A stretch of 64,000 nt of DNA, from NCBI GenBank assembly GCA_958399925.1, contig CATXOC010000001.1:176733-240732 (forward strand), in the 5' to 3' direction. Under the pieces are notes generated by a model that saw only the letters and a list, made by a program, of their open reading frames with translations, had not been told where the DNA came from and searched no databases. Position numbers and translations under genes: made by a program. This document shows positions 1 through 10,525 of this stretch, piece after piece. How positions within the stretch are numbered: the stretch's first letter is position 1; each line of letters begins with the position of its first letter. This DNA comes from an uncultured Candidatus Saccharibacteria bacterium (GTDB lineage Bacteria > Patescibacteriota > Saccharimonadia > Saccharimonadales > Saccharimonadaceae).

Positions 1-2
1 AG

Positions 3-452
3 ATGGAGTCACAGCAGATTATCAACGCATCGGGCGCTGAAGCTTTGATGGGTAAGGGCGATATGCTGATGGTTACTAATGAAATTAAAGAGCCGCGCCG
101 TGTTCAGGCTGTAAATGTCGAAGATGAGGAAATCGATCGTATTGTAGCGGATTTGCGTATCCAGTCGCCTGCACAGTACAACGAGGATTTGATGGCAAAA
201 CTATCTGAGACAGCGGCCGCTAGTGGCATGTCAGGTGAATTTAGTATGGGCGACGACGAGGACTATAAACGTGCTGTACAAGTGGTAATTAATGAGGGTA
301 AAGCTTCAACATCGTTATTGCAGCGACGTATGCGCATTGGCTACGGCAAGGCCTCACGCCTAATCGACCAAATGGAGGAAAAGGGCGTTATTGCGCCAGC
401 TGACGGCAGTAAGCCTCGCGCAGTGCTGATTCAATCGTCAGACGATGTATAG
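3..452 (+). CDS. ftsK: DNA translocase FtsK/SpoIIIE, C-terminal part (gamma domain); truncated by window start
   Basis: GAEALMGKGDML motor end plus ASTSLLQRRMRIGYGKASRLIDQMEEKG gamma winged helix. Confidence 0.95.
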   Translation: MESQQIINASGAEALMGKGDMLMVTNEIKEPRRVQAVNVEDEEIDRIVADLRIQSPAQYNEDLMAKLSETAAASGMSGEFSMGDDEDYKRAVQVVINEGKASTSLLQRRMRIGYGKASRLIDQMEEKGVIAPADGSKPRAVLIQSSDDV

Positions 453-531
453 TCTGCATAGTCTTATACCATGCTGAGTCGTGGGGCTGAGTAAGTTGAC
501 GATTAATAAATGCTTGTGCTAATATGCTTGT

Positions 532-1164
532 ATGAATGGTGTCGGAGGTAGTCAAATTAACGGTAACAACCAGCCAGATTTTCACTTAAATAGCGATGGT
601 GCTACATTGTCTGCAACTAAGAGTGTGAACGATACTACAAAGACAACCGACAGGGGGCATCGTAAGGTTATTTATTTAATATTGCTGGTTCTTGGGGTAA
701 TTGCTGTTATAGAAAGCATAGTTATTTCTGTGTTTGGTGTCAAAGTAATGACGGGTAAACTCGCTCTACAAGAGAAAGATCCAGGCGATAATGTTGTCGT
801 TATACATAATGTTTGTACAAATGATATAATAACCAGCTTTAATAAAATTATAAATGACCCTAATCGAGGTACTGATAATGAAACGGGTTATAAATTATCC
901 AAACTGGCAAAGCAATTTACTAGTAAGAGCAATTACAACAAAGATGCAACTTGCCAATATATCATGTATCTTGCTAATGCTTATAACGGCAATATACAAT
1001 CAGCAAAGAGCAATATCGCGAACTTGGAATCCTTGGCTAAGAGCGGTATTTACCCCAGTAATAACCTAGCTAATTATATGTCGATTAGCGGAATAAAGAA
1101 CGATCTACAGATGCGCGAACAGTCTAATGGGCTACCAAAGAATAACACACAAGGTTGGGGATAG
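532..1164 (+). CDS. Hypothetical single-pass membrane protein
   Basis: 210-aa ORF with one hydrophobic segment (VIYLILLVLGVIAVIESIVISVFGV); TGcTAATAT just upstream. Confidence 0.7.
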   Translation: MNGVGGSQINGNNQPDFHLNSDGATLSATKSVNDTTKTTDRGHRKVIYLILLVLGVIAVIESIVISVFGVKVMTGKLALQEKDPGDNVVVIHNVCTNDIITSFNKIINDPNRGTDNETGYKLSKLAKQFTSKSNYNKDATCQYIMYLANAYNGNIQSAKSNIANLESLAKSGIYPSNNLANYMSISGIKNDLQMREQSNGLPKNNTQGWG

Positions 1165-1174
1165 ACTAGTTATT

Positions 1175-4075
1175 ATGCGTTATTTTATACGATTAAGCAG
1201 TAAGTTTGGACTAGCATGCGTACTATGCTTTATGCTATGTATTGCATGTAATGTCGTTATGTCGAAACCGGTACAGGCGGATCATTTTACACCTAAGAAC
1301 TTTTACGAAAAAGTTGCCGCTGGTTGGCAGGGGTATCACTTGGGCAACAACTACCGGTGTAGGGATCCGTATAATGGTAACATCGGCTCGATATGGTTAA
1401 CTGACAGTCTATCAAATCTATATGGATGGGACTATGGCACAATGAATAGAATTGATGTTGAGTACGGCGAGCATACTAAAAAGGTGTGGATAGTTGGATC
1501 GCTTTATGGTTGTGACTATTCGGGTCCTTACGCGTCTGCAACTAATGTTCATGAAACTTCCAGCGACGGTCATTACTACTTAACGCCATTTAGCAAGAGT
1601 ACACTTGAAAGAGGAGGCAAACGACCTCCAGTCGGGGGTTTTACTGATCCAAATGATTGGATTGAAACGTCTGTTAATATAGACGCAGTTAAATTACCTA
1701 ATATAGGTAACGCGCAAAAAGAGATCACTGTATTTATAAACCGTTGTTACGGTAATGAGGGAAATTGTGCTGATACGGAGGTTAAATTGCTGCTAGTCCG
1801 AAAACCAGCAAATTGGAATATAGCAACCTATGCATCCGTTCAAGAAGCGGGGCAGAAGAAATATCCCGGCGATACGATACATTGGCGTCATCGTGCTGAA
1901 AATCAGAGCCTATTTAATACTGTAGGTCGTGACGATGAAAGGCGGGAGATTACTTCGCGCTGGTGGAATGCAAACAATGCTAATGCTGCCTGGGGAAACC
2001 CTCAGACTGGCAACGAGGGCAAGAAATTTCTAAATGGCAATAACGGACAATGGCGGGCGCCAAAGAACAATAAGTGTTTAGATGTATCTGGTGGTAGTAC
2101 GGATTGGGGTGCAAACGTTCAGACATGGGAGTGTAACGCTGGGGTGGCGCAGCAATGGCGCTACGATATGGGGCGTGCAACATACGTCAACCCTCATTCA
2201 AATCTTTGCTTAGACGTTGAAAATGGTGTTGCGGCTGACCAGACAAACGTTCGGATTTGGGATTGTAACGGATCAAATGCGCAGAAATGGTATCCGAACC
2301 TGTTCGATGGGACTATTCGCTGGCGTTCATATGACAGTAATTGGTGTTTGGATCGCTATGGAAACGGTTATAATAACGGCAATAATATCATCTTATATCA
2401 CTGCAATGGTACAGAGGCACAAAAGTGGTATCGCGAAAGTGGCGCTATGTATCGTCAATTTGATTCAGAATATACTTTAACTCAAGATGACGTACACAAG
2501 TGGATTTGTCGGAGGACTGCAGCAAGCCCCGCTAGTAACAATAATGGCGGTTGGGTAGATAGTAATGAAGCATGTGTGTATGTCGGTTACGATTATATTC
2601 CGCCTCCAACACCTGGTGGAGACAACTCGGCGGTATATATAACAACTGACCATAATGGTACGAGTGACGAGATATTGGTAGGCAGCAAATTTAAGTTTAA
2701 CTATACCATCCGACATGCAGGTGGCAGAACAAAGACTATGCCAATTCAAGCTAAAGCATATACTTTTGTACTAAAGGGTGGACAAAGTACCAGCTTGGCT
2801 GGACCAAAAACATATCCGGGTAATTACTTTGGCAACAACGTTAGCTGTAAAATGTTATCGGGGCCCAGTGGTTCACACCGTGATATTGACTTGAGTAAGT
2901 TGAAATATTGTGCACAAGATATCACAGAGCTAAATCGTAGTGACATTGTGTTATATCCATCACAAAATGACAGTAAGGGGTGGAAGAGTAAGTATAGTTA
3001 CTCGTATGAAGCATCTGTCGATCCGAGTGGACTTAACTGGGAGCGTTACGCAGCGCCTGGTGATCAGATTTGCTCTTATGTAGCAGTTAATAACTGGGCT
3101 GCCAAGGCTGACGTGGCGGAAAATTCAGTTCGTGCCTCTAATATATCGTGTATTCGTATTGCTAGGGCACCACAGATGAAGATTATGGGAGGCGATTCCC
3201 GAGCGGCGCAATTCACTGCACATAGTTATGCTAGCAATAGCAATGTTGATAAACAGCGTGGTTCGTGGTCACAGTACGGATTGCTATCCAAGAGTAAGCC
3301 TGTCGAGAATTTCGGTTCGGATGGACTAACTACAACCAACAATTCTGCTAAGGCTTGTCGCTTGATATACGCTAATACTAATGGCGGTTTATCCTCATCG
3401 TGTGATTATGTGGGTACGTTCGATAGGTCTGGGTCGACGTTAGGGCTACCAGCTATTGATACTGGTAAATCAGTAAGGGATCCTGGTTCTACTGTCGACT
3501 TGTCAACCCTTGGGGACGGTCTATATGTGCATGACGGCGATGTAACAGTTAGAGGGAGATTGAAGCCAGGTGTGCATGCGACTGTTTATGTAACAAGTGG
3601 TAAAATTACTATCGACAACGACTTGACCTATGGGGCACATGATAAATTAAGCCAGATGCCTAGCTTGATACTATATGCGAAGGATGGATCTATTACAGTT
3701 AATCCAAACGTGGGACAGGTAGATGGTATTTTGATCGCCAAGTCTGTTGATACTTGTGATATTAGTTCGGGCGGTGGATCCATGTTTAATAATAGTTTAG
3801 GCATGAAAGGGTCAGGCAAAGATAAATGTTCTAACCAGCTAAGAATTAACGGATCGATAATTGTTTCAGATGCAGGTTATAGTATGAAGTTACACCGTAC
3901 ATTCGGGTCTGGTGGCGTGTTAGGCGGTGGTGAGGGTGACTATAATGGTCTAACTGCACCGTCGGAAATCATTAATCTGTCACCAAATACATTTCTAACC
4001 ACCTTCGCAGGCAATAACAATAAAAACAAAACATACCGTATCACGGAAGTGCGTTCCTTGCCAGCACGCTATTAA
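1175..4075 (+). CDS. Large secreted Cys-rich adhesin with an internal ricin-B (beta-trefoil) lectin domain
   Basis: Signal peptide from ATG 1175 (track start is 1127); three CLD...(W/Y)xCN..AQ(Q/K)W repeats at ~2050-2430. Confidence 0.85.
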   Translation: MRYFIRLSSKFGLACVLCFMLCIACNVVMSKPVQADHFTPKNFYEKVAAGWQGYHLGNNYRCRDPYNGNIGSIWLTDSLSNLYGWDYGTMNRIDVEYGEHTKKVWIVGSLYGCDYSGPYASATNVHETSSDGHYYLTPFSKSTLERGGKRPPVGGFTDPNDWIETSVNIDAVKLPNIGNAQKEITVFINRCYGNEGNCADTEVKLLLVRKPANWNIATYASVQEAGQKKYPGDTIHWRHRAENQSLFNTVGRDDERREITSRWWNANNANAAWGNPQTGNEGKKFLNGNNGQWRAPKNNKCLDVSGGSTDWGANVQTWECNAGVAQQWRYDMGRATYVNPHSNLCLDVENGVAADQTNVRIWDCNGSNAQKWYPNLFDGTIRWRSYDSNWCLDRYGNGYNNGNNIILYHCNGTEAQKWYRESGAMYRQFDSEYTLTQDDVHKWICRRTAASPASNNNGGWVDSNEACVYVGYDYIPPPTPGGDNSAVYITTDHNGTSDEILVGSKFKFNYTIRHAGGRTKTMPIQAKAYTFVLKGGQSTSLAGPKTYPGNYFGNNVSCKMLSGPSGSHRDIDLSKLKYCAQDITELNRSDIVLYPSQNDSKGWKSKYSYSYEASVDPSGLNWERYAAPGDQICSYVAVNNWAAKADVAENSVRASNISCIRIARAPQMKIMGGDSRAAQFTAHSYASNSNVDKQRGSWSQYGLLSKSKPVENFGSDGLTTTNNSAKACRLIYANTNGGLSSSCDYVGTFDRSGSTLGLPAIDTGKSVRDPGSTVDLSTLGDGLYVHDGDVTVRGRLKPGVHATVYVTSGKITIDNDLTYGAHDKLSQMPSLILYAKDGSITVNPNVGQVDGILIAKSVDTCDISSGGGSMFNNSLGMKGSGKDKCSNQLRINGSIIVSDAGYSMKLHRTFGSGGVLGGGEGDYNGLTAPSEIINLSPNTFLTTFAGNNNKNKTYRITEVRSLPARY

Positions 4076-4102
4076 TGTGTTAACATTACTACTGTAATAT
4101 TA

Positions 4103-4150
4103 ACCTGCTGTAGCTATCGACATGTTGGCTACAGCTTAATCCAGAGGAGG
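4103..4150 (+). promoter_or_regulatory. Candidate S6:S18 ribosomal protein leader hairpin
   Basis: GCTGTAGC(4107-4114)/GCTACAGC(4128-4135) stem, then CCA and the GAGGAGG Shine-Dalgarno, directly before rpsF. Confidence 0.45.
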
Positions 4151-4154
4151 ACAT

Positions 4155-4529
4155 GTGTCAGAATCTACTAAGAGCTACGAGCTAGTTGTGCTATTTCGTG
4201 CCGAGCTAGAGGCTAAAATGGATGCACCACTGAAGACTGTGGCGGATCTAATTGAAGCTAACGGCGGTAAAATCGTTAGTGACGAGAACTGGGGTCGCAA
4301 GGAACTTGCCTATAAGATCGCAGGCGAGACTCATGCGATTTATCACCTATATCGTCTAGAGCTACCAGCTACCGCACCTGCTAAAATCGATGCTAGCCTA
4401 AACATTAACAACGACGTCATTCGTCATCTATTAACTAAGGTTGACGCTAAGGCCGATGCAGCGATTGCCGAGGATAAAGAGCGTCGTGCTGCACGCGAAG
4501 CTGCTAAGGCTGATCGCGACGACAAATAG
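4155..4529 (+). CDS. rpsF: 30S ribosomal protein S6
   Basis: YELVV...WGRKELAYKI...VIRHL; rpsF-ssb-rpsR synteny. Confidence 0.97.
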   Translation: MSESTKSYELVVLFRAELEAKMDAPLKTVADLIEANGGKIVSDENWGRKELAYKIAGETHAIYHLYRLELPATAPAKIDASLNINNDVIRHLLTKVDAKADAAIAEDKERRAAREAAKADRDDK

Positions 4530-4590
4530 TCTACTAAACTAATAGTAACGAGGGTAACGTTCAATAATTACTGAACAGAAAGAAGGGAAT

Positions 4591-5031
4591 ATGGCATTTA
4601 GCAACGTGGTGATTCAGGGGAACCTAACAGCTGATCCAGATCAGCGTACTACGCCAAGCGGTACGTCGCTAACTAGTTTTAGCGTTGCGGTTAATACGCG
4701 TGTTGGCGGTAGTGAGTCGACGACTTATTATAACTGTACCTGCTGGGATGAGCGCAAGGGCGGTCTAATTGCAAAGTATTTTCAGAAAGGTCGGCCGATT
4801 ATTGTTAGCGGTAGTCTGAGTATGCGTAGCTATACCGGTCGCGATGGTTCACAGCGCCAAAGCCTAGATGTTAATGTAACTGATTTTGGCTTCGTGGGCT
4901 CGCAACGCGACGCCGGTGCAGATAACAATGTCGCTAACGCAGGCAGTGCTCCGGCTGCTAATGATGCTAATGGTGCACCAGTTGCTGGTAGCGATTTGGA
5001 CGATATCAAGATTGACGATATTCCTTTCTAA
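4591..5031 (+). CDS. ssb: Single-stranded DNA-binding protein
   Basis: NVVIQGNLTADP OB fold; acidic DDIPF tail. Confidence 0.97.
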   Translation: MAFSNVVIQGNLTADPDQRTTPSGTSLTSFSVAVNTRVGGSESTTYYNCTCWDERKGGLIAKYFQKGRPIIVSGSLSMRSYTGRDGSQRQSLDVNVTDFGFVGSQRDAGADNNVANAGSAPAANDANGAPVAGSDLDDIKIDDIPF

Positions 5032-5054
5032 CCCACTAATATTTAAGGAGAATT

Positions 5055-5249
5055 ATGAAGAAGTTTAAAAAACAGTCACCAAAGTATTTTGACTATAAAG
5101 ACGCCGATAATCTACGTCGTTATACTGACAGCTACGGTCAAATTGAACCACGCAGCAAGACCGGTTTAAGTGCGCGCTCACAGCGCAACCTAGCAGTCGC
5201 CGTCAAACGTGCACGCCATATTGCACTACTTCCATTTGTGGCAAATTAA
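5055..5249 (+). CDS. rpsR: 30S ribosomal protein S18 (short, Cys-free)
   Basis: FDYKD...GQIEPRSKTG...QR.LAVAVKRARHIALLPF. Confidence 0.97.
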   Translation: MKKFKKQSPKYFDYKDADNLRRYTDSYGQIEPRSKTGLSARSQRNLAVAVKRARHIALLPFVAN

Positions 5250-5331
5250 TATTGGTTAAAAAGATAACGGCAGGATACGTAAACTGATAAATTAGGGTTT
5301 ATGCGGCTGCTGTTTTCTAGAAGGGAGCAGC

Positions 5332-5895
5332 ATGTATAGTCCAACAGACCTCAAAAAGGGTCGTCTAATTAATTTGAATAACGAGCCATATCGCGTTGTC
5401 GATTATGGTCAGAAGGTAATGGGTCGTGGTGGTTCGATTGTAACCGTCAAGATCAAGAGCCTTATCAGTGGTAACGTTTTAACTAAGACCTACAAAGGCG
5501 ATCAAAAGATTGAAGCGGCAAGTGTCGAGACGCAACCAGCGCAGTATCTATATAGTGATAACGACACGGTTTACTTTATGAATCCAGAAACCTACGATCA
5601 GTTTGAGCTACCACTAGAGGATGCAGAGGATGTACCGCAATATATGCACGAAGGTGCTGAGGTGCAGCTGCAGTTCTTTGACGGCAAGGTGATTGCCGTA
5701 GATCTACCAACTACTGTGCCGCTAAAGGTCGTGGATGCCCCAGACGTAGTAAAAGGTGATACAACCAGTAGCGTTCAAAAGGACGCAACCACCGAGACTG
5801 GCTTGGTGGTTAAGACACCAGCCTTTATCAAAGAAGGTGATGTCATCAAGGTTGATACCCGTGATGGCCACTATGTTGAGCGTGTAAAGGAGTAG
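5332..5895 (+). CDS. efp: Translation elongation factor P
   Basis: DLKKG, QYLYSD, VKGDT, ETGLVVKTPAFIKEGD motifs. Confidence 0.96.
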   Translation: MYSPTDLKKGRLINLNNEPYRVVDYGQKVMGRGGSIVTVKIKSLISGNVLTKTYKGDQKIEAASVETQPAQYLYSDNDTVYFMNPETYDQFELPLEDAEDVPQYMHEGAEVQLQFFDGKVIAVDLPTTVPLKVVDAPDVVKGDTTSSVQKDATTETGLVVKTPAFIKEGDVIKVDTRDGHYVERVKE

Positions 5896-5897
5896 CG

Positions 5898-6635
5898 TTG
5901 CCGAGTAATCAGGCAAAAGGTGAGAGGCTGGATCGAGTGCTGACGGCACTGGGTTTAGTCTCTTCGCGTTCTCAGGCGGAATCGTATATTCGGCTAGGCC
6001 GTGTGACGGTAGCTGGGCGAGTAATCAGCAAGCCTGGATTCTTTGTGAAAGACCCAAGTACGGTGCGACTAAACCAAGACGAGCAGTTTGTCTCGCGCGC
6101 AGGACTAAAATTAAAGTCTGTGGCAGAAAAGTTAAAATTAGATTTTACAGGTAAAGTAATCCTAGATGTTGGGTCAAGCACCGGTGGCTTTACTGATTTT
6201 GCACTTAGCCGTGGTGCGGTGAAGTCTATTTGCGTGGATGTTGGTACTGATCAGCTTAATCCAAAATTACGCAGCGATCCAAGAGTGGAGTTGCACGAGA
6301 AAACCGATATTCGTGATTTTCACACTGATCAGCATATTGATATTATTGTGATTGACGTGTCGTTTATTAGCCTGCGTGAAATTCTGCCATATCTGGCCAA
6401 GTATCTGGCAAGTGACGATACACAGATCGTTGCGATGGTAAAGCCTCAATTTGAAGTAGGTGAGAAGATGAAAGCGCACGGTGTAATAAAAAATGACGCC
6501 GAACGGCGTCAGATTCTGCGCGACTTTGAACTGTGGGCGAAACGATATTTCTTAATTCGCGACAAGGCTGATAGCGACATCCCTGGTGCTAAGGGCAACA
6601 GAGAGCGCTTCTATCTACTAAAAGTTATACATTAA
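5898..6635 (+). CDS. tlyA: TlyA family rRNA 2'-O-methyltransferase (S4 + FtsJ domains)
   Basis: RLD...SRSQA S4 domain; FVSRAGLKL; LDVGSSTGGFTD; DVSFISL; VKPQFE. Confidence 0.93.
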   Translation: MPSNQAKGERLDRVLTALGLVSSRSQAESYIRLGRVTVAGRVISKPGFFVKDPSTVRLNQDEQFVSRAGLKLKSVAEKLKLDFTGKVILDVGSSTGGFTDFALSRGAVKSICVDVGTDQLNPKLRSDPRVELHEKTDIRDFHTDQHIDIIVIDVSFISLREILPYLAKYLASDDTQIVAMVKPQFEVGEKMKAHGVIKNDAERRQILRDFELWAKRYFLIRDKADSDIPGAKGNRERFYLLKVIH

Positions 6636-7740
6636 ATCTAAATTCGACAATATCGTCGGGCTGCATAATGTAGGTTTTACCCTCGGTGCGAACTTTACCA
6701 GCAGCACGTGCAGCAGCTTCGGATCCGGCGGCTACTAAATCAGCGTAAGAAACCACCTGTGCGGCAATAAAACCGCGTTCAAAGTCTGTATGAATAACGC
6801 CCGCAGCTTGTGGTGCGGTCCAGCCCTTATGAATTGTCCAAGCGCGAACCTCCTTTGCTCCAGCGGTTAGATAGGACTGTAGTCCTAGCGTAGCATAGGC
6901 GGTGCGAATTAGTTTAACTAATCCAGACTCTTTGACGCCATAGTCGGCTAGTAGTTCACTTGCTTCTACCTCGGATAGCTCGCGAATCTCACTCTCTAGC
7001 TCGGCGCTGACAAAAATTGCCTGAATCTGTTCAGGTGTTTCACCTGTTGCATTGGCAGCTAGCTGACGTAGCTCATTTTGTCGATTAGCGTCAGTTAATC
7101 CGTCTTCGTCAACATTAAATGCGTAAATGACTGGTAGGGCAGAGAGCAGAGCAATGCCATCTAATTTTTTCTTTAGCTCTGCGCGTTCAAACTCGTTGAA
7201 TTCGACTGGGCGTTTGCCTTCTAATAATTGACTTTGTACGGATTCAAAGAAGGCGACTTTATCGCGTAACTTGGGATTAGACTTGGCTTCCTTCTGCAAT
7301 TTTGGTAGATGCTTTTCAATTGTTGCAACATCAGCTAGTGCAAGTTCGGTATTGATTACCTCGATATCACCCTTAGGATCAATTTTCGCTGTACCGTCAG
7401 CACGCTGAATTGAATCATTCTCGAATGCACGCACTACATGACAAATGGCATCGCACTCGCGAATGTTGGCTAAGAATTTATTGCCAAGGCCTTCACCTTT
7501 GCTAGCGCCGGCTACTAGACCTGCGACGTCGACAAACTCCACAGTGGCTGGTATAACTTTGTCAGTCTGATACATTTTGGCTAGCACGCTGAGCCGATCA
7601 TCTGGTACGGGTACAATGCCAGTGTTTGGCTCGATTGTAGCAAAAGGATAATTTGCCGCCAATACCTCCGAATTGGTTAGGGCGTTGAATAGAGTAGATT
7701 TGCCTACGTTTGGCAGTCCTACGATTGCAATCTTTAACAT
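6625..7740 (-). CDS. ychF: Ribosome-binding ATPase YchF
   Basis: [40 protein letters not shown] tail ending FRFNV. Confidence 0.97.
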   Translation of the reverse strand: MLKIAIVGLPNVGKSTLFNALTNSEVLAANYPFATIEPNTGIVPVPDDRLSVLAKMYQTDKVIPATVEFVDVAGLVAGASKGEGLGNKFLANIRECDAICHVVRAFENDSIQRADGTAKIDPKGDIEVINTELALADVATIEKHLPKLQKEAKSNPKLRDKVAFFESVQSQLLEGKRPVEFNEFERAELKKKLDGIALLSALPVIYAFNVDEDGLTDANRQNELRQLAANATGETPEQIQAIFVSAELESEIRELSEVEASELLADYGVKESGLVKLIRTAYATLGLQSYLTAGAKEVRAWTIHKGWTAPQAAGVIHTDFERGFIAAQVVSYADLVAAGSEAAARAAGKVRTEGKTYIMQPDDIVEFRFNV

Positions 7741-7851
7741 GGAATAATTATATCACTAAGTATTTAATTTTACTCTTGGTCTATCTGTAGTTGTGTTTAG
7801 TGAAGGGCGGCTGTGTTGAAATAATCATTATGTTTATGTATAATATGACAT

Positions 7852-8895
7852 ATGAATTTTGGGAAGTCGGTGGGTAGCTTCTTTAGCCTCGATATTGGAA
7901 CGACCGCGGTCCGTGTAGTCGAGCTAGCTCACTCTAATAGCGGGTGGAACTTATTACATTACGGCGTAAAGCCAATAGATGTGCGTCTTAGTGAGTCGAC
8001 TGCCGAGGCTGATCGTCGGGCGCTAGGTATTGCTATTACTGATGTAATTAACCAGTCAGGCATCAAGAGCAAGAAAGTGGCGATTGGCGTTCCGTCAAAT
8101 AAAATGTTTGCGTCGGTGGTTGAGATTCCTACGGTTTCGCGCCAAGAGATGAATGCTACGATTAAGTATCAGGCAGAGAATTACGTGCCAATGCGTGCCG
8201 ATGAGGCTAAAATTGATTGGGCTATTATCGGGCAATCGGTAAATGACCCGCAAAACACCGAAGTACTGATTGCGTCTGTACAGAATAGCTATACGGAAGC
8301 ACGTCTAGATCTAATCGAGGGGCTTGGACTAGATGTAATTGCAATTGAGCCTGATTCGCTGGCTATCGTTCGTTCTTTGCTGCCTGATGGTGTACAGGAT
8401 GGCCGTATGATTATTGATATGGGTGATCGTTATACTGATATCATCTTAACAGTTGGTTCGGCGCCACGGCTGATTCGTTCGGTGCCAATTGGCCTAAGTA
8501 CGTTGGTGCGTATGGCTAAGCAGAATTTAAATATCGAGGCACAACAAGCACGTCAGCTCTTGCTAAAGTTCGGTCTTGACCCGAATAACCTAGAAGGGCA
8601 AATTGTTCATTCTGTGCAACCAGCTGTTGATCAGTTCAAGACTGAACTAATTAAGTCGCTGAAATACTTTACGGCTAAATACACAAAGACTGCCGTTGGA
8701 GGCACTCTAATTAGTGGTTATACATCAGTGTTAAAGGGTTTTCCTGATATAATAGCCGCCACTACTAATACGCAGGTACAGATGGCCACGCCGTGGCAGC
8801 ACGTTAACGTGCCAGCCGCAGCTCAAGCTAGCTTGGCGCCGATCAGTTCGCAACTAGCTGTAGCAGTTGGTTTAGCGGAAAGGACTGGGTTATAA
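7852..8895 (+). CDS. pilM: Type IV pilus assembly protein PilM
   Basis: Actin-like LDIGTTAVRVVEL and IIDMG motifs; C-terminal AVAVGLA; first gene of the pil operon. Confidence 0.93.
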   Translation: MNFGKSVGSFFSLDIGTTAVRVVELAHSNSGWNLLHYGVKPIDVRLSESTAEADRRALGIAITDVINQSGIKSKKVAIGVPSNKMFASVVEIPTVSRQEMNATIKYQAENYVPMRADEAKIDWAIIGQSVNDPQNTEVLIASVQNSYTEARLDLIEGLGLDVIAIEPDSLAIVRSLLPDGVQDGRMIIDMGDRYTDIILTVGSAPRLIRSVPIGLSTLVRMAKQNLNIEAQQARQLLLKFGLDPNNLEGQIVHSVQPAVDQFKTELIKSLKYFTAKYTKTAVGGTLISGYTSVLKGFPDIIAATTNTQVQMATPWQHVNVPAAAQASLAPISSQLAVAVGLAERTGL

Positions 8896-8896
8896 A

Positions 8897-9808
8897 ATGG
8901 CAGTTCCACAATTAAACCTGTTGCCTGACGTTAAGAAGGACCTAATTAAGGCGCAGATTCGTCGCAATTTAGCAGTGAGTGTTAGCTTTATTGTCGTATG
9001 TGTGATGGGCGGTATTGTATTCTTAATGCTGAGCTGGTGGGGTGTATCGGTTGGCTTGAAGGCTGTTGCTGAAGGCAATATTAAGAAATACAGCAATCAG
9101 ATCAAGAGTGCCCAGAATGACAAAAGTAAGAGTCTAAACGAATATTTAACTATTCAGAATGACTTGAATCAGATTGCTAGTGTAAAAAGCCAGCAAGAGC
9201 AAATGTCGCGGGTATTCCAATACATCTTGTCGGTTAGTCCTGCTGGTCGCAACTACATGACGATTAGCTCAATGAAGGTTAATGGTAATGTGGCGGCGAC
9301 ATCTGATTCTGGTTCGAGTCAAACGGGTACAATTGTAGTTGAAGGTCGTACTGTAGATTATGCAGCGCTAGACGTAATTAAACTTACTATGCAGCGTGCC
9401 AAGATTGAATACACAGAGGGTGATGACAATGATAGTACTGATGATGCTAATCAAAGTGACTCAGGTGATAGTTCGGCTAGTGGCAATGATAGTAATGGTT
9501 CTGATAGTTCAAATGAAGCTCAAAAGGATATGAAATCGGACAAGCTATTTACCGATGTACAACTAAGTAGCGTTACGATGTCTAATGATGCTGACGAGCA
9601 GGGCGGTAAAGTTGGCTTTACCTTGACACTGAAGTACAATCCTGTGGCTCTGGCCTACTCAACTAAAAATGTTAGGATTGTTGTTCCGAAGGAAACTATT
9701 TCTGACTCTCGCGAGAATACACCTGGTGTAGACGATAATCAGAATAGTAACAAGCCGCTGTTTAACGGCACATCTCAGAACGGCAAGAGCAAGGAGGGGG
9801 GCGAATGA
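8897..9808 (+). CDS. pilN: Type IV pilus alignment protein, PilN-like
   Basis: N-terminal LNLLP PilM-binding motif followed by a TM helix. Confidence 0.85.
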   Translation: MAVPQLNLLPDVKKDLIKAQIRRNLAVSVSFIVVCVMGGIVFLMLSWWGVSVGLKAVAEGNIKKYSNQIKSAQNDKSKSLNEYLTIQNDLNQIASVKSQQEQMSRVFQYILSVSPAGRNYMTISSMKVNGNVAATSDSGSSQTGTIVVEGRTVDYAALDVIKLTMQRAKIEYTEGDDNDSTDDANQSDSGDSSASGNDSNGSDSSNEAQKDMKSDKLFTDVQLSSVTMSNDADEQGGKVGFTLTLKYNPVALAYSTKNVRIVVPKETISDSRENTPGVDDNQNSNKPLFNGTSQNGKSKEGGE

Positions 9809-10524
9809 GTAATAGTGATAGCAAGCCACTGACTGGAGTACGCAAACGCCAGCAGATTGATAGCGCACGCAAGCAAGTTGTAATTTGGGTAGCGGCAGCT
9901 GGCTGTTGTGCTGTTATTGCAATTATTGTTGGTATGCGTCTATGGCAAAAGATTCAGTATCAGAACAAGGTAAATAGTCAGCTACAAACAGCTGAAAAGA
10001 CATTAAAATCAAATGTTTCAGCGATAGATACGATTCGTACCAACGTCGATGCTCTAAAGTCTAATGAACGATTGAACTTAACGCAGCTAAAATCAGACGA
10101 TCAATCGCCGTTGCAGGTGGTTCTGGATGCTATGCCAACCCAAGATAACCGCACGGCTCTAGGTTCAGCATTGCAGGATAAGGTTTTGTCGCTACACGGA
10201 GCAACGATCCAGAATTTAACGGTAATTTCTGATGATTCTACGTCGTCTAGCAGCACGGATGCTACTAGTAGTAGTGAATCTGGCGATACGTCTACCTTGA
10301 ATGTCGCTGCTACACCAATTGAATTTTCGGTTGAGCTAAGTGGCGACTACAACTCGATTCAGAAGACAATTGAAGATATGGAGAGGTCAATTCGTACGAT
10401 CGTCATAAATAGCATGTCGATTGATGGTTCTGATGATAAGTTGACAGCAAAGATTGTGGCTACGACTTATTATGCACCAAAGATAAATTATAAGACATCT
10501 ACGACCGAGGTAAAGGGAGATTAA
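9805..10524 (+). CDS. pilO: Type IV pilus alignment protein, PilO-like
   Basis: TM plus coiled coil; GDYNSIQ...MERSIR ferredoxin-like C-terminus; follows pilN. Confidence 0.8.
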   Translation: MSNSDSKPLTGVRKRQQIDSARKQVVIWVAAAGCCAVIAIIVGMRLWQKIQYQNKVNSQLQTAEKTLKSNVSAIDTIRTNVDALKSNERLNLTQLKSDDQSPLQVVLDAMPTQDNRTALGSALQDKVLSLHGATIQNLTVISDDSTSSSSTDATSSSESGDTSTLNVAATPIEFSVELSGDYNSIQKTIEDMERSIRTIVINSMSIDGSDDKLTAKIVATTYYAPKINYKTSTTEVKGD

Positions 10525-10525
10525 T

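Noticed and set aside
6658..6685. dif-like sequence GCATAATGTA
   Set aside because: Lies inside ychF coding sequence and lacks the XerD arm
9420..9520. S/D/N-rich stretch in pilN (similar Q/P-rich tails at 40340 and 43440-43740)
   Set aside because: Low-complexity protein linkers, not DNA repeat elements
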